Counted from the first letter of the stretch, positions 24,435 through 39,982 are shown. The stretch is DNA of 64,000 bases from Octopus sinensis (GCF_006345805.1 NC_043001.1:50840001-50904000); one strand, 5' to 3'. Notes: generated from the letters alone by a model not told the origin. Numbers and translations are program-made.

Positions 24435-25255
24435 GAGAGGCACCCAACCATCATTCATCTGAATGTCCATCTAGAGAATGGTCACAGGGTTATCTATACA
24501 AAACAAAGTCTTGCAACAAGTACTTTCTCCTAAAGAAACTACCCTTACTGCCTTTTTAAAGTTGTGTCAAGTAGATGAAGATGCAAAAAACACTCTTTTA
24601 TCCACGATTACCCAAGTATTACACCTGGAGAAACAATAAATGGCTCAAGAGGAAACGTGGGGATGACGCTCTTACAAGAATTCACAGTGTCCCTCCGCAA
24701 GCCAAGTAGAAGGCTATTACTTACAGTTCCTTTTGCATGAAGTACGTGGTCGCAAATCATTCTAAAATTATGGATGGTAAATGGTTATATGTGTGAAAAT
24801 TATAAGGAAGCATACTATCAACAAGGTTTTTTAGAAAATGATGAACATTGGGACCTTAGATTGACTGAAGCATCAGTATCAGATTCTACAAGGAACCTCC
24901 GTAACCTTTTTGCAATTATACTGAACATGCGTCAGCGTCAACTTAGCAGTCCCCTACAGCTTTGGATGAAACATCGTGAGGACATGGCTGAGGACTTAAA
25001 TGATGCAGTTCAACAGGCAAACCCAGATATCAATTTTCAGTTCTCTGGAACAATTTTTAACCAAGCTCTGACTGAAATTGAGGATCAAGTTTTGGCCATG
25101 GGAGGCAAAAATTTGCAAGAGTCTGGCTCTGGACTGCCAAAAACAATCCGTCAAATTAATGATTTAACTTCAAGAGACATAGCAAGAGAGACAAATTATG
25201 ACGTCACAGACTTTGCTGTATTTGTGAATGAACAACGCTGTGTATATGACAAAAT
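24435..25255 (+). mobile_element. Helitron RepHel fragment (Rep-helicase linker)
   Basis: Frameshifted segments: 'HPTIIHLNVHLENGHRV', 'TTLTAFLKLCQVDEDAK', 'PKYYTW', 'YYLQFLLHEVRG', 'LENDEHWDLRLTEAS..LRNLFAIIL', 'PLQLWMKHREDMAED'. Confidence 0.88.
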
Positions 25256-25261
25256 TTTTCG

Positions 25262-25313
<52 letters not shown>

Positions 25314-25329
25314 TATTATTATTATTCTA

Positions 25330-26235
25330 TGTTTGACTTTTGCTTTATATTTGTACAAGTTGGCTCCAAGTCTCAACCAGAGACCTCAAGAGACAACAGG
25401 TTGGAAGTTCATGATGTTGTTATGCCTAGTGTGCCATAGTCTAAAAAAAAATTATGTTTGTTTTAAAACTTGAGATTACATAGAAAGTATTTTGCGTAGG
25501 ATATGAGCAGTTCCTATGAGCACTATCGTTTGAATTTCCGCCATTTTTGGGCTTCCTGGTATCTGAGTTAGGTAGCAACCAGCCCCTTTTGCTATCATTC
25601 CCAGGGCACCTATGGCAACAGGTATTGTTTTTGTCTTCAGCTTCCACAGTTTACTGATTTCTATTTCAAGATCATTATATTTGCTCAGTTTTTTGGTAGG
25701 TCTTGACAGATACGTTTATATAGATTGGGACAGTCATATCAATAAGGAGGCATGTTCTTTGTCTGAAGTCTTTCAATATGATGTCTGACCTATTTGCAAG
25801 CACTGGAGGTGGTTTGTGTTCCCACAAGTTTTTTTCATGCAAATCCAGGTTTTTGCAAATTACCCAGTGAATATATTGTGCAGCTTTATCATGCCTGTTG
25901 AGATACTCTGTAGGCACTAGAAGACTGCACTTGGAGACAACATGATCAATGGTTTCATTTTGTTGTTGACATACACGACATGTTGGGCTACTGCCGTTCT
26001 TTAATATGTTGGCCTGGTAGTTCCTTGTTAGTAGGCGTTGATCTTGAGCTGCTATGATAAACCCTTCTGTTTCAGATTTTAAACCAGAGGCCATTAGCCA
26101 TTAATGGGTCAGGGCTTTGTCAACATCTGCATTATTCGCTCTCTTTGGGTATTTGCCATAGAGAGGTTTTTCTTGCCATCTATCATTCAGAATATCTAAG
26201 GCAGCAGTTTTAGCACGAGTTTTCATGCGTTTAGC
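25330..26235 (-). mobile_element. R4/Dong-like RLE non-LTR retrotransposon, 3' end
   Basis: 'WQEKPLYGKY', 'GLKSETEGFIIAAQDQ', CCHC knuckle 'CRVC...ETIDHVVSKC', 'RHDKAAQYIHWVIC', 'DMTVP..NVSVK', 'IPVVIGALG'. The 3' UTR ends in a (TAA)n tract at 25262-25328. Confidence 0.9.
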
Positions 26236-26359
26236 TTTTTCTGTGCTTGTTTTATTATTATTGTTGTTGTTATTGTTGTTGTTGTTGTTGTTGTTGTTCT
26301 TCTTCTTCTTCTTTCTTCTTCTTCTTCTTCTTCTTCTTCTTCTTCTTCTTCTTCTTCTT

Positions 26360-26390
<31 letters not shown>

Positions 26391-26393
26391 TTC

Positions 26394-26441
<48 letters not shown>

Positions 26442-26564
26442 TATTATTATGAATTCAGAATTGATTTCCCAATTGTACACCAATTGAAGAATAAACTGAA
26501 TTTAGAATAACAAATTTCTATACAACATATTTTGCTTTTTGCTTATAAGGAACAATTTCATTCT

Positions 26565-26590
26565 CGGGCAACGCCAGGTGCCTCTGCTAG
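26565..26590 (+). mobile_element. Helitron-type 3' terminus (GC-rich subterminal motif plus CTAG|T)
   Basis: cgggcaacgccaggtgcctctgCTAG followed by T, in the same orientation as the RepHel fragment 1.3 kb upstream. Confidence 0.55.
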
Positions 26591-29356
26591 TTATACAATA
26601 TATTTTCCGTGTTCATTCGTAGAAGTAACAAAAGAAACTAACTTTAAAATAACAGTGGGACTTTATTCCTTCGCAAAAGGGTACAATGGGTCAAAGCAAG
26701 AAATATTAAAAATTCTGTTATTGTTGTTCATCTATCGTGCTGATAATTCAACTTGGATGGTCATTGGCTACATGGCTGTATATCAATTTTCCTGGGAAAA
26801 TGGCAGAATCTGCATAATTCGCCTTGTTCAAAAAGTCTCACCCCTCTCATTCGTAAATAATTTGGAAGTCCCACCTCTCACTCGTAAATAATTTGGAAAA
26901 AAGAGGCTCCGGAACACGTACGGATTAGTTGTTTGAGATATATTACGCGCGACGTGCTTGGACCTTCGATCCAATTCCCGTGCAACACTCAACCAATCAC
27001 AACACAGGACTCAACAAATGTCAACGCACTCACATGTTGACAAAATACTATAGGTTAACGTGATGAGAAATGACGGCTCGAGTACAGGCAATGCAGAACT
27101 GCAGCACCCCTGTTTTCACTCAATATTATCGCTAGCATTCAATATAATGAGCCTTTTCCCCCCTTTAATTCTTTCTTTATACTTGTACATTATATAATAT
27201 CCTTAAGTTTAATGTCAGTAGCGATCTCCTCGTTCATGAAAAAATTACAAAAATCCTTGTATGGAGCTGTGTGCTTCACAGTTCCAGCGATGCAGTGTTT
27301 GGCTGATGTGCGCATGCGCACATGTCCAAAGAAAAAAGCTGCACTCTGGTTAGAGAGAGCACTATCACTCACACAGTGCCGACTCCGTTGTTCGAGTGCA
27401 AGGCCTTGCTTATTTTTGATTCAGCCTGTGTTGTGCTTGAAAACCGTGTACCATTTTCTTGAATATGATAAATTGTAGATGATTATCATGCTTCCAACTA
27501 TTCTATTTAATTCACAGATTTTTTCGGTTGTTTTATTGTATAGAAAATTAAAATAATTTAACCATGACCTCCTTCATGTCCAAGAAATAAGTTCTGTGAC
27601 AGTAAGTGAACTTCAACAGCCGAAGTTTTCACAGTTGTCTCTCCATGAGAATGTTACAGTTAAAAAAAGAGGCCGTTCAACACCTGATATTCAAATATCT
27701 CAGCCAGCAACAGCAAGAGGTATATTCGTAGCTTTAATTCTGAATGGTAAAGACGGAAAAGTTGGTTCTGCGGCTGTGAAGTGAAAGATTCATTGTTTTG
27801 CTTCCACTTCCAGTGTTTGCTGCTTAGATGTAACGTTGTCAAAAGACGGTTTTAGAAGTATAGACAATATGAAAGAAAAAAACCCCTCGAAAAACATGAG
27901 AAGTCAAAGAAACATATTGAAAATATGGTTTCCCTGTCACTTTTAGGAAACGTAAATCTGAAGGAGAAACTTAGTGAGGTATGTAGACTTTCAATCAATG
28001 AGCACAACATGAAGATTAAAAAGAGTCGTGAAATTTTATCCAGAATAACAGACTATTTTATTTTGTGGAATCTTTCAAACTCCCTTACATGGACACGAGG
28101 AAAAAGATGATTCAGTAAATCCAGGGTTATTTAGAGGATTAATAAATTTTGCATCTAAAGTAGATCCAGTTTTGAAGAATCACTTAGAAACCGGTACAGT
28201 CTTCAAAGGTGTTTCCAAGACCATTCAGAATGAGATACTTGACTGCCTGTTACGCGAGGAGATAAGGACAGAAACTAAAGAAGCCTCGTTTGAAGCCGTT
28301 ACGGCTGATGACACAACAGATGTTTTGGAACACACGCAAAGGATCATTCTACCTGTTGAATGAAGAACTATTTGAGCATTTTGTGGGATTCTTTATTCCA
28401 GAAAACCAAACTGCAGATAACATATCAAAACGTATTCTCGAATAGTTAGAAACAATCCTTCAAGGAAATGGACAAAAACTGATAGCTTAGACATTTGATG
28501 GTGCAAATATCATAAAAGGCAAAAAAGCAGGAATTCAAGCAAAAATAGAAGCAGTTTATAGTAGCGCACATTTCATTCACTGTTAAGAACGTCAACTTGA
28601 TTTAATAATGAAAAATGCAGCAAGAATTACGCAGAACGTAAGAATATTTTCCTTTAACATTTTGGCTATTGCAACATTCTTTTCAAGATCACAACAACGT
28701 GTGTCCATTCTCAGGAAGCGTATGGGCGTCAGCATTCCGTGTCCATCTTCAGCAAAGTTAAACTTTAACCTAAGGACCGTGAATAGAATTCATGAAAATT
28801 TGCAACCTTTAAAAAGCTGCCTCACTGAAAATTAATTCAACTTCAAATGCAGATCAAACCGTTGCAGAAGTAACAGGAATTTAAAAATACGTGAAGATTA
28901 TGCCTCGTGCTGAAGAATTTACAACCAAATGCAATCTCGAGAAATTAGTGTGTTTAAAGTCAATGATTATATAACGGATTTCAAAACTTCCATTTTCGAA
29001 ATAAGAAACGCGAAGTACTGAAATAATCCTTCAAAGACACTCATAGCAGAAGAAAAGGAAGTGTGTGACTACATATGTGTTGATATTAAGGACAGATATT
29101 CTTCCACTAAACAGGAGCTGCTAAATTGTTCAACAAGAAAAGCTTCACTAGTTGTAAGAATGAACTGCCTACAGAAGAAAAGCTTCATACTGAACTGAAA
29201 GTATTCTATTGTAGATCCGATATGCATGAATTTTGCAAATGAACTGAGCTGCTGAAATGATGGAGGTGCAAAATTTTTTTTCCGTGAAATGTGCTGTTCT
29301 GACTTTTGGACTGAAATGGCACGGTCATATCTTGATGTCACAAAGATGGCTCCCTC

Positions 29357-29774
29357 TCTTTACTCTTTACTCTTTACTCTTTTACTTGTTTCAGTAATTT
29401 TGACTGCAGCCATGCTGGAGCACCGCCTTCAGTCGAGCAAATCAACCCCAGGACTTATTCTTTGTAAGCCTAGTACTTATTCTATTGGTCTCTTTTGCCG
29501 AACCGCTAATTTACGGGGACGTAAACACACTAGCATCGGTTGTCAAGCGATGTTGAGGGGACAAACAGAGACACACAAACACACACACATATATATATAT
29601 ACACATATATATATATGATGGGCTTCTTTCAGTTTCTATCTACCAAATCCACTCACAAGGCTTTGGTCGGCCCGAGGTTATAGTAGAAGACACTTGCCCA
29701 AGGTACCACGCAGTGTGACTGAACCCGGAATCATGTGATTGGTAAGCAAGCTACTTACCACACAGCCACTCCTG
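29357..29774 (-). mobile_element. SINE family B, full length, nested in the hAT
   Basis: Complete head-CORE-microsatellite-tail organisation; the tail ends in (tactctt)n repeats. Confidence 0.9.
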
Positions 29775-29779
29775 GCTTG

Positions 29780-30027
29780 ACACCGCCAGAAAATGTTGTT
29801 GACAAAATACGGCAGATATTGTATTCACCTCAATAGACGTTATTGATTGTTTGAAATTGCCGAAATGCAAGAAATTAAACAACAAATAGCTTACAAACTA
29901 CAGAATTTTCTCAAGAAAGCCAAGAGAAAAAGATGTTTTATGTAACACACTACCAGTATACGAAGTTTAAGTGCTTAGTTACAAAGAAATTATTTAAAAA
30001 ATCTGCCGGTCAAAGTGAAAAGATCCA
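29780..30027 (-). mobile_element. Partial diverged copy of the 7379-7835 MITE family
   Basis: Reverse complement of ~7379-7590; ends in aaaaatctgccggtcaaagtgaaaagatcc. Confidence 0.8.
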
Positions 30028-31311
30028 GAAATTTCTGTACATTTTGGGATGCTATTACAATTCTGCTGAAAGTAGCTAAATTGGTTGATATGCACCTCTT
30101 CGATAATCAGTATGATAATGACCTGCCAATGGAGAAGAATAACATCCCAAAACATGGCGAAAGGGGAAGGTGATGTCAAAAGCTCGAGAACTGTAATTTT
30201 CGGCGCATGACTTGCAGTTTCTTTCTGCCAAATAGGCATAAATGGGTCTTATGCACTTGTTAATACAGGATGCTCGGGATATTTTCGGACTGTCTTCGTT
30301 TCTCATTTGTTTTGTAACCAATTGACCAATTGAATCCCCATATTTTCATGTGTATTTATTGTGTCCCAGTGGGCTATTGCGTGAATTAAGTTGGGGTTTT
30401 CGAAGTTGCCGGTTTATGGGCAGAGTGGTTCACAGTCCGGAAATTACGGTACACAAATGTATATCAGTTTTTTCCATGTTGTTTATCCTGTATTTTATAG
30501 GGGACCGCGAATCATCGAAAAAAAAAAAAAACTATAAGGGGACTGGTATGTAAAATTTTTTGAAAAGTTTGAGAACCACTGGACAAAACATACTTGTAGT
30601 GTTTTCAATGGAGAAAAATTTTCTCAAGTGTCATCTAGGGATCAAGAAGAAAATTATTAACTTTTTCGCTCAAACTAAAAGAAGAGTGGATTTCATTTTT
30701 AAATGAATGGAACAAGCTTGAACTGTAACAATTTATTAGTAAAAAATAAGTTTTTCGTTTTGGATTTTATAAAGTATATGTATAAATTTTTGTTTTAATA
30801 TGTTTGTTTCGTTTTACACAATATTAAATTGACGGCTAAAAATTTTCTGAAATAGCACCACAACTAATTTTAGCCACGAGCCGTCACTGGTGATGATCTC
30901 ATATCAGTTACATATTTTGAATATGCCATAATAGAAATTAGTCTCGCTACAGATCTCTTAATCTACCGATGGTGCCGGTTTTGCTTTCTTCAGTGAAAGG
31001 AATCAGACCATCATGTTCTTTAGTGATAATCAGGTCGTGTGCTCATTATTCTGATTTTTGTTTGGAAGTAAGTAAGCATGGTCAATGATGATATTAATTA
31101 TAATAATTATTATTATAAACAGGTCAAGATTGGAATAAATTGGTAAATCACATGGGCAAGGAACAGCCTTACATTCCAGATAAATTTTACACTGTTAATT
31201 TCTTTTGTTTTTGCTTAAAGACAAAACAATTTATTCCATTTTTGTTTTTAATTGCTTTTACTCGCTAATTGCCAACTTTGTAGACCATCACTAGTTCCCA
31301 CGGATCTTACT

Positions 31312-31535
31312 TTCTTCTTCTTCTTCTTCTTCTTCTTCTTCTTCTTCTTCTTCTTCTTCTTCTTCTTCTTCTTCTTCTTCTTCTTCTTCTTCTTCTTCTT
31401 CTTTTCTTCTTCTTCTTCTTCTTCTCTTCTTCTTCTTCTTCTTCTTCTTCTTCTTCTTCTTCTTCTTCTTCTTCTTCTTCTTCTTCTTCTTCTTCTTCTT
31501 CTTCATCGTCATCATCATTACCATTATTATTATTA
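31312..31535. repeat. (TTC)n microsatellite; comparable TTG/TTC/TTA tract at 26250-26450 and (AAT)n at 57625-57800
   Basis: Direct reading of the sequence. Confidence 0.95.
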
Positions 31536-31540
31536 TTGAA

Positions 31541-32158
31541 TAAGGCGGCGAGCTGGCAGAAACGTTAGCAGGCCGGGCGAAATGCGTAGCCGTATTTCGT
31601 CTGCCGTTACGTTCTGAGTTCAAATTCCGCCGAGGTCGACTTTGCCTTTCATCCTTTCGGGGTTGTTAAAATAAGTATCAGTTGAGCACTGGGATCAATG
31701 TAACCGATCCTCCTTCAAAATTTCAGACCTTGTGCCTATAGTAGAAAGAGAAAAAATATTGAGGCGGCGAGCTGGCAGAAACGTTAGCACGCCGGGCAAA
31801 ATGCTTAGCGATATTTCGTCTGCCGCTACATTCTGAGTTGAAATTCTGCCAAGGTCGACTTTGCCTTTCATCCTTTCAGGGTCGATTAAATAAATACCAG
31901 TTACGCACTGAGGTCGATATAATCGACTTGATCCGTTTGTCTGTCCTTGTTTGTCCCTTCTGTGTTTAGCCCCTTGTGGGTAGTAAAGAAATAAGTATTT
32001 CATCCATCTTCACGTTCTGAGTTCAAATTCCGTCGAGGTCAACTTTGCTTTCCATCCTTTGGGGTCGATAAAATAAGAACCAGTCAAGCACTGAGTTTGA
32101 TGTATTCGACTTACCCCTCCCTCAAAATTTCGGGCCTTGTGCCTATGGTAGAAAGGAT
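31541..32158 (+). mobile_element. Cluster of three head-to-tail family A SINEs (31541-31748, 31759-31997, 5'-truncated 32005-32158)
   Basis: Head ggcggcgagctggcagaaacgttagca in the first two copies; core gttcaaattccgccgaggtcgactttgcctttcatcctttcgggg (with substitutions) in all three. Confidence 0.9.
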
Positions 32159-32171
32159 TATTATTATTATT

Positions 32172-32870
32172 TGATGAAAACTCGCAGCTTATTTTGTAGG
32201 CAAATTGTCAAATGCACACAGTCATCAGACTAAGGCGACACTTGTTTACTGATTATGCTTTAAGAACCCCGCGGATAACTCTGAATTTAGTAGGTGCTCT
32301 ATCTTTACAGTTGCACCAATCTTTTTGAGCCACGTTGGTAGTGGAGTGCTGATACTTCCAAGCACGTCAATCATTATTGGTATCACGTCCACTCTCTTCA
32401 TTGCACACAACCTGCGTATTTTCCACTTCAATTTATCATAGTTGTTCACTTTCTTTCCTTCTTGCTCTTCGATTGTGTTGTCACCAGGACATGCTGTGTC
32501 GATTATCATGCATGTTTTCCTTTTCTGTTCATCAGAACAATATTAGGTTCCCGATGTCATTGCACCCCACAGGATTTTGCAATTCTCATTCTCAGTAGCT
32601 CCCTCTGGGACTTGGTCATACCAGGTCTCCGATCTTTCTAAGCCATAATTTTCACAGAGCACCCAATGGCTCATTCTTGCTACGCTGTCATATCTTGTAT
32701 TCGTGTTGTGCCAATTTCGGGCATTCACTAACAATGTACCATACTGTTTCACCTTTCTCACCACACATTATACATTTCTTGCTCTCAGTAGTTGTGTTAT
32801 CAATTCTGCGCTTTATATAGTTTGTCCTCAATGCTTGTTCTTGTGCCGCTATATAGTGCTTAGACAAACA
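32172..32870 (-). mobile_element. Second R4/Dong-like RLE 3' fragment
   Basis: 'AAQEQALRTNYIKRRI', 'YDSVARMSHWVLCENYGLERSETWYDQVPEGATENENCKILW', 'IIDTACPGDN..KVNNYDKLKWKIRRL..VIPIMIDVLG'. Ends at a short (ATT)n at 32157-32172. Confidence 0.88.
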
Positions 32871-33184
32871 CTACTTTTCTAAAAATATTAACACTTCAAA
32901 TGACAGAAGAGTTTAGGAATATTCAACCGTTCTAGGTTGCATGATAGCTTTTTTGAGAAGTCAGCCTAATGGCCCGATGATATCCGGTACCACTTTTACT
33001 TTTGCTGCTGATCGTTTCAACACTCTTAATATCTCTACTTTAAGATAATCATATTTCAAGATATTTCTTCTTTGTTTGCAATGTTTTTGTGTAAAGAAAT
33101 TGCAACTAATTTTTTATGAAGCATCCGATTTTTTAAAAGTAATTTTCTAATAATGGTTTCAAATTTTGGCAAACTTCAGGAGAG

Positions 33185-33360
33185 GGGACAAGTTAATTAC
33201 ATCAACCCTAATGTTCAACTGGTACTTATTTTATCGATCTCGAAAGAAGGAATGGCAAAGTCAACCTCGGCAGAATTTGAACTTAGAATGTAGAAACGGA
33301 TAAAATGCTGCAAAGCATCTTACTCGGCGTGCTAACGATTCCGCCAGCGCGGCGCCTTAT
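33185..33360 (-). mobile_element. SINE family A copy
   Basis: Minus-strand head taaggcgccgcgctggcggaatcgttagcacgccg and diverged core. Confidence 0.8.
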
Positions 33361-33399
33361 GTTATATTTTAACAATGAGATCTGATTTGTGGTGTTAAT

Positions 33400-34090
33400 T
33401 ATTCTCTCTGTCTGATTGTCAAGATCCCATGAAATCCTACCTTTTGCGTAAAGCCATTTCTGGTACATAATTGTACCAGTCGTCTGAAGTGTGATATCCA
33501 TGTTTTTTTTATACTGAGGGACAAGTGTAAAGTGAAACAAACCAAATCATGACATATATATTCTTTCTGAGCTAACATTGTTCAGCCTAATACAATATAC
33601 ATAATATTTTCCGGTCATTAATTACATAAGTAACACTTGTTCGTCGAAGCAATGAAATACATACCTTTGATCACTGAAATAGTATTTAAAGCTTGAGCTT
33701 GAACAGCCATCAACAAACGCTCAGTTTCTCTTTTTAAATCTGCATTTTGAAGTCACTCACACAAATTTTCACATTCTTGATGTCTTTGTGGAACTGTCCA
33801 TGTAATCGCAATTCATTGAAATGCTCATTTAAAACAACGAAAACAATGAAGCCAGAGAGGAAAGAGCGATAAAATAATCAATGGCCTCACGAGGTGGTTA
33901 CAAAAAGATGATCCAATAGCTTGTGGTGTGTAGTTTAGGAGAGCTTGGAGTTCGATGAATGCCTGTAGGAATGGCATATGAAAAAGGTATGAGCAGTGCT
34001 CCACTGCTGTTATTACTTGAGCTTTATAAGTTGACCTCAAATGAAAAGAATTGAAGTATTTTCTGATGTCCAACTTCAGGTGGCTTGAAC
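33400..34090 (-). mobile_element. Third, more decayed R4-like RLE fragment
   Basis: 'LHGQFHKDIK', 'KRETERLLMAVQAQAL' and 'HNYVPE'-like segments across frames. Confidence 0.6.
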
Positions 34091-36248
34091 TAAAGAAGAC
34101 TCAGTCAAATGCTTAGATTCACTTCAGTCGAATTTGATAAAGAAATGAATTAGAAATCCCTCTCATATATTTGAGAGTTAGAATATATCTCTGATAGTTT
34201 AGTAGTCCATGGTTTCTCAGGGAAGGTGTAAAAGAAGGTTGGGAGGATTGAGAAGAGGGTAGATAAATTGTTATAATGTCATAATGTCATGAATTTGTAG
34301 TCAAGGGTACACTCGGTTGAATCGATTCATTACAAAGAATTTATTTCATCAATATTAGGTTAGACGAACAGAAAAGGCAGTACCAGCTGGATAGGAACTC
34401 AAAACATAAAGGGGCGCAACTCTGATACTCTACCGATTCTGCCACTCCATTTTAAAAATTGCAATCAAAAGCAGCGAAATGACACTATATTGAAGGACAA
34501 AATGACTTGCGGCATTTCTTCAGGCTTGCTGTACTCTGAGTTCTGAGTTCAAATCCCGCCGAGATCAGCATTAACTTAGATCCTTCTATGGTTGATAAAA
34601 TGAAGCACCAGCCCATTGCAGTGGATTTGAGGAGTCGTTAAAGTCTCGGACGAAATGGCTTATGGTGTTTGCTCTGCTTTTAACTTTCTGAACACGACCA
34701 CCTGGTCCTCTAACATCTGTAGTGGTGTTTACATTGATATAAATTGTCCTAAAATGAGATCTCAGATTTTGTTGACAACTTCCTTTTTTCCATTTCCCAG
34801 TTTCGGAGGCGTAAAGGAAGTGTACGGTACTTCACTCAGGATCGAGTGATAAAAACAACAACCCCAGCAAAACAATGAAAGAGTTTCATGGCAGGTGAGG
34901 AGGTATAGTTGATTAAATCCCTTCCAATAATTCACCGTAGGTCATCGCTCCAAGAACGATAAAAGGCAGTCAGCGCTGGCAGGATTCGAACTCAGAAGGC
35001 AGAGCATTTCATAAAACTGTCTACCTATTCTGCAGTTCTTTTTACGTAAACAGCAACAATAATTTTTTCTGACATAGTTACAGAACCAGAAATTTGTGAA
35101 ATTTATTAACCTCTGCATTTGGTTGTGTACTTTATTTTAATTTAACCCAAAAGGAAGAAAGACAAAGTTGAATTGGAGGGATTTGAACGCGCTAACAACT
35201 CTTCCAGTCGACCACTCTAATAACAACAATAATAATGACTTCTATCATAGTCACAGGGGCTTCAAGTTTAGGGAAAGAGATAGCAGTACTTGACTGGTTG
35301 TTATTTTCTAAAACCCCAGCAAGGAAGTAGGACAGAGTTAACTTCGGTGAAATTTGAACATAAAATGTAAGATGATGTAATGAAACACAGCAAAGGCATT
35401 CTCTATATCGCCATCCCAATACTGCCATTAACAGTAACATCAGCAACAGACCAATGCGGAAATATACTTGTGGTCGCTTCGCATGCTAGAAATAACAGCC
35501 AAAATACTCTTAAATCAAGCCACCCGTCTTAAACAAATGGAAACGCTACATTATGTGTTCCTTGGTTCCTTGCATATAGAAAAAAATTAATTGTCACAGC
35601 TAGATCTTTGATCAAAGATGTATCCCGTCAGGATTGACACAGGGTTAAAGAACAACAACAACAACAACAACAACATATATTAATGTGCAGCCAACGAGAA
35701 GCATATTTGTGGTAGTTCTACACGTTAGAGAGGACAATGAAATTCGCATCAACTCACATATTTACGTCTTAGAAAAAAATGGCTGGCGAACCATTGCTGT
35801 CACTCGCAAGAGAATACCACCTGCAAACAATACCATACTCTCGCTAATTGTTTTAGGTGCCTATGAAGTCGCGAGGGAGAAAGACCTGTATCATTACACA
35901 TCTGATTCCTTATTTTGAGCTTAGTAGATTGGAGCAACCTGAAATGAATTCTCTTGCTCAAGATCTCCGATCCAGGAATCGAACTCGTAGCTTTATTTAT
36001 GACTGTGAATCTAACACTAGAGCCACCGGGCCATGTGCCTTAACAGCTTGAGCACATTGGATAATGCTCTTTTGGATAAATTATGCAGGGTCGGGGAAGG
36101 GTGAAATAAAACAGAACCAACAGAATATCGATGGTTGGAATCACCTTTTGAACACAGAACTAGTTCTACACAATTAGCGGGCCTGAGGCGAAACAGAAAG
36201 ACTTTTTTAAAAGCGATATAAAAAGACAACAAAACTTAATACAAGGAC

Positions 36249-36919
36249 CAGTGACGGATTCTGTATAGGCACTGCCGTACTGCAGCACCCACTCGATATT
36301 ATCGATAACATTCAATATAAGGAGTCCTTTTTCTTTAATTCTTGTACAAAATATAATCATTAAGCTTAATGTCATTAGTCATCCCCTAGTTTATGAAAAA
36401 ATACAAAAATCCTTGTATAGAACTGTGCGCTTCGCATTTCCAGCGACGCGGCGTTTGGCTGTTGTGCACACACCTACATGTCCGAGATAGGAAGCTGCAC
36501 ACTAGGGAGGGATAGCACTGTGCCGATCCTGGTGTGCTGGTGAAAGGCAGTGTTTCTTTTTGACTCTGCGTGTGTTGTGCTTAAAATCATGTTTATATTC
36601 TTGAATGTGATAAAGTGTAGAATTAGATTATTATCCTGCTTTCAGCTTCAGTGTTGCTGCCAGGATTTGAAAAACAGGTTAGATTCCCCACCCTTATTTT
36701 GTGATTTAGGGTAGATTTTTGAAAAACAAGGGGGAATTCGCGACGATGTTCAGGGAACAAATTAAACACGCTACCCGGCAGTGGCTAAAACGCGAACCGA
36801 TCAAATTTATGTATAAATTTTCTTTTTATATGTGTGTTTCCATTTACACAATATTAAAACATTGGCTAAAAATTTTCTGAAGCAGTACCCAGGCCAATTT
36901 TATCTACGAGCCGTCACTC
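36249..36919 (+). mobile_element. Internally deleted non-autonomous relative of the hAT at 27068-30889
   Basis: Starts cagtgacgg and ends gagccgtcactc. Its 5' ~400 bp align by eye with 27070-27490, and its 3' end aligns with 30770-30889. Confidence 0.82.
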
Positions 36920-37373
36920 ACTTGAACGCACGACAGGATTCTAACAAAAAATTGACGTGAAGCACACGCTCCAGTTTTGGTAGGTTTTCAATAAGCTTCA
37001 GCAACGGTCCATAACGAAAATAACTTTTATGACGCATCTCCTAAAAAGAACACCCTATTTAACTAGACATGATATACGAATATCTCTTTCTTTCTCTCAC
37101 TTTCACCTTCTCCCTTTCTGTCTGTCTGTCCGTTCGTCCGCCCGTCCGTCTTCCTCTGTTTGCCCCCCTCTCTCTCTATATATATATATGTATATGTATA
37201 GCTGTGTATGTGCGAATACGCATACACACACACTTACAAACACACACATACGCACACACACATTCATAAACATACACACAGGCATATTTTCATTAGACGC
37301 ATGTCACGTACAGACCTGTCTTCACACTTGGTGGCAACAGCTTGATTCATCCATAGGCACCAAATCCATATTA

Positions 37374-39010
<1,637 letters not shown>

Positions 39011-39080
39011 CAACATATATGTATGTGCGTATGTGTGTGTGTGTATATATATATATACACACACACACACAAACATATAT

Positions 39081-39137
<57 letters not shown>

Positions 39138-39143
39138 AACATA

Positions 39144-39179
<36 letters not shown>

Positions 39180-39288
39180 TATATATAATATATATTATAT
39201 ATATATATATACACACATACGTATATATAGAGAAATAAACTTACTTGGGAATGGATGCGTGGCGTTCAATCAAATACTAATATAAATA

Positions 39289-39326
<38 letters not shown>

Positions 39327-39413
39327 GTATGTAGTGTGTGTGTGCATGTATGTAAATATACATATACATGTATATATATAAATACATACACCTATATATA
39401 TATATATATTATT

Positions 39414-39445
<32 letters not shown>

Positions 39446-39938
39446 CATATATATTATATACATATATGTATATATGTATATATATATATATTATATATAT
39501 ATATATGTATGTTTATGTATATATATTTATATATATATATGTATATATATACGTATATGTGTGTGTGTGTGTGTGTGTATAGACTCAGATATACACACAG
39601 ACATGTATTTACACGTATACAATTTACGCCTATCTTTGTACGTGATTTTTCTTTTAGATTTTCAAGAACCGGTAAATGACATTCTCTTGTGGACGCATAC
39701 ACTCATGAATATAAGCATCCCTGCGTGCATGCACACATGCACGCTCGTACACACAGACAGATAGACACGCACACACACACACACAGACACACACACACAC
39801 AAGCACAAGTGTGTGTGTGTACAAGATATGCTTATATCATCACTTAATAATCCTTCACGAAATTCGTCTGTCTGTCTATCTGTCTGTCTGTCTATCTGTC
39901 TGTCTGTCTATCTATCTACCTCACATTTACATGTATAA

Positions 39939-39982
<44 letters not shown>

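Larger units (their letters stand above)
27068..30889 (+). mobile_element. Degenerate hAT transposon (ZMYM1-like/DUF4371-type transposase) with nested insertions
   Basis: TIRs aaatgacggctcg (27068) and cgagccgtcactg (30889); TSD gtgatgag/gtgatgat (7 of 8 match). Decayed ORF at ~27640-29200: 'LLGNVN..RLSINEHN..REILSRI', 'HLETGTVFKGVSKTIQNEILDCL', 'ADDTTDV', 'FDGANI..GIQAK', 'AHFIHC', 'FFSRSQQR'. Confidence 0.85.

Noticed and set aside
30953-31067. Possible internal exon (ctacag ... gaa|gtaagt) with one open frame
   Set aside because: The polypyrimidine tract is weak and the peptide is unrecognisable. Such signals are expected by chance.
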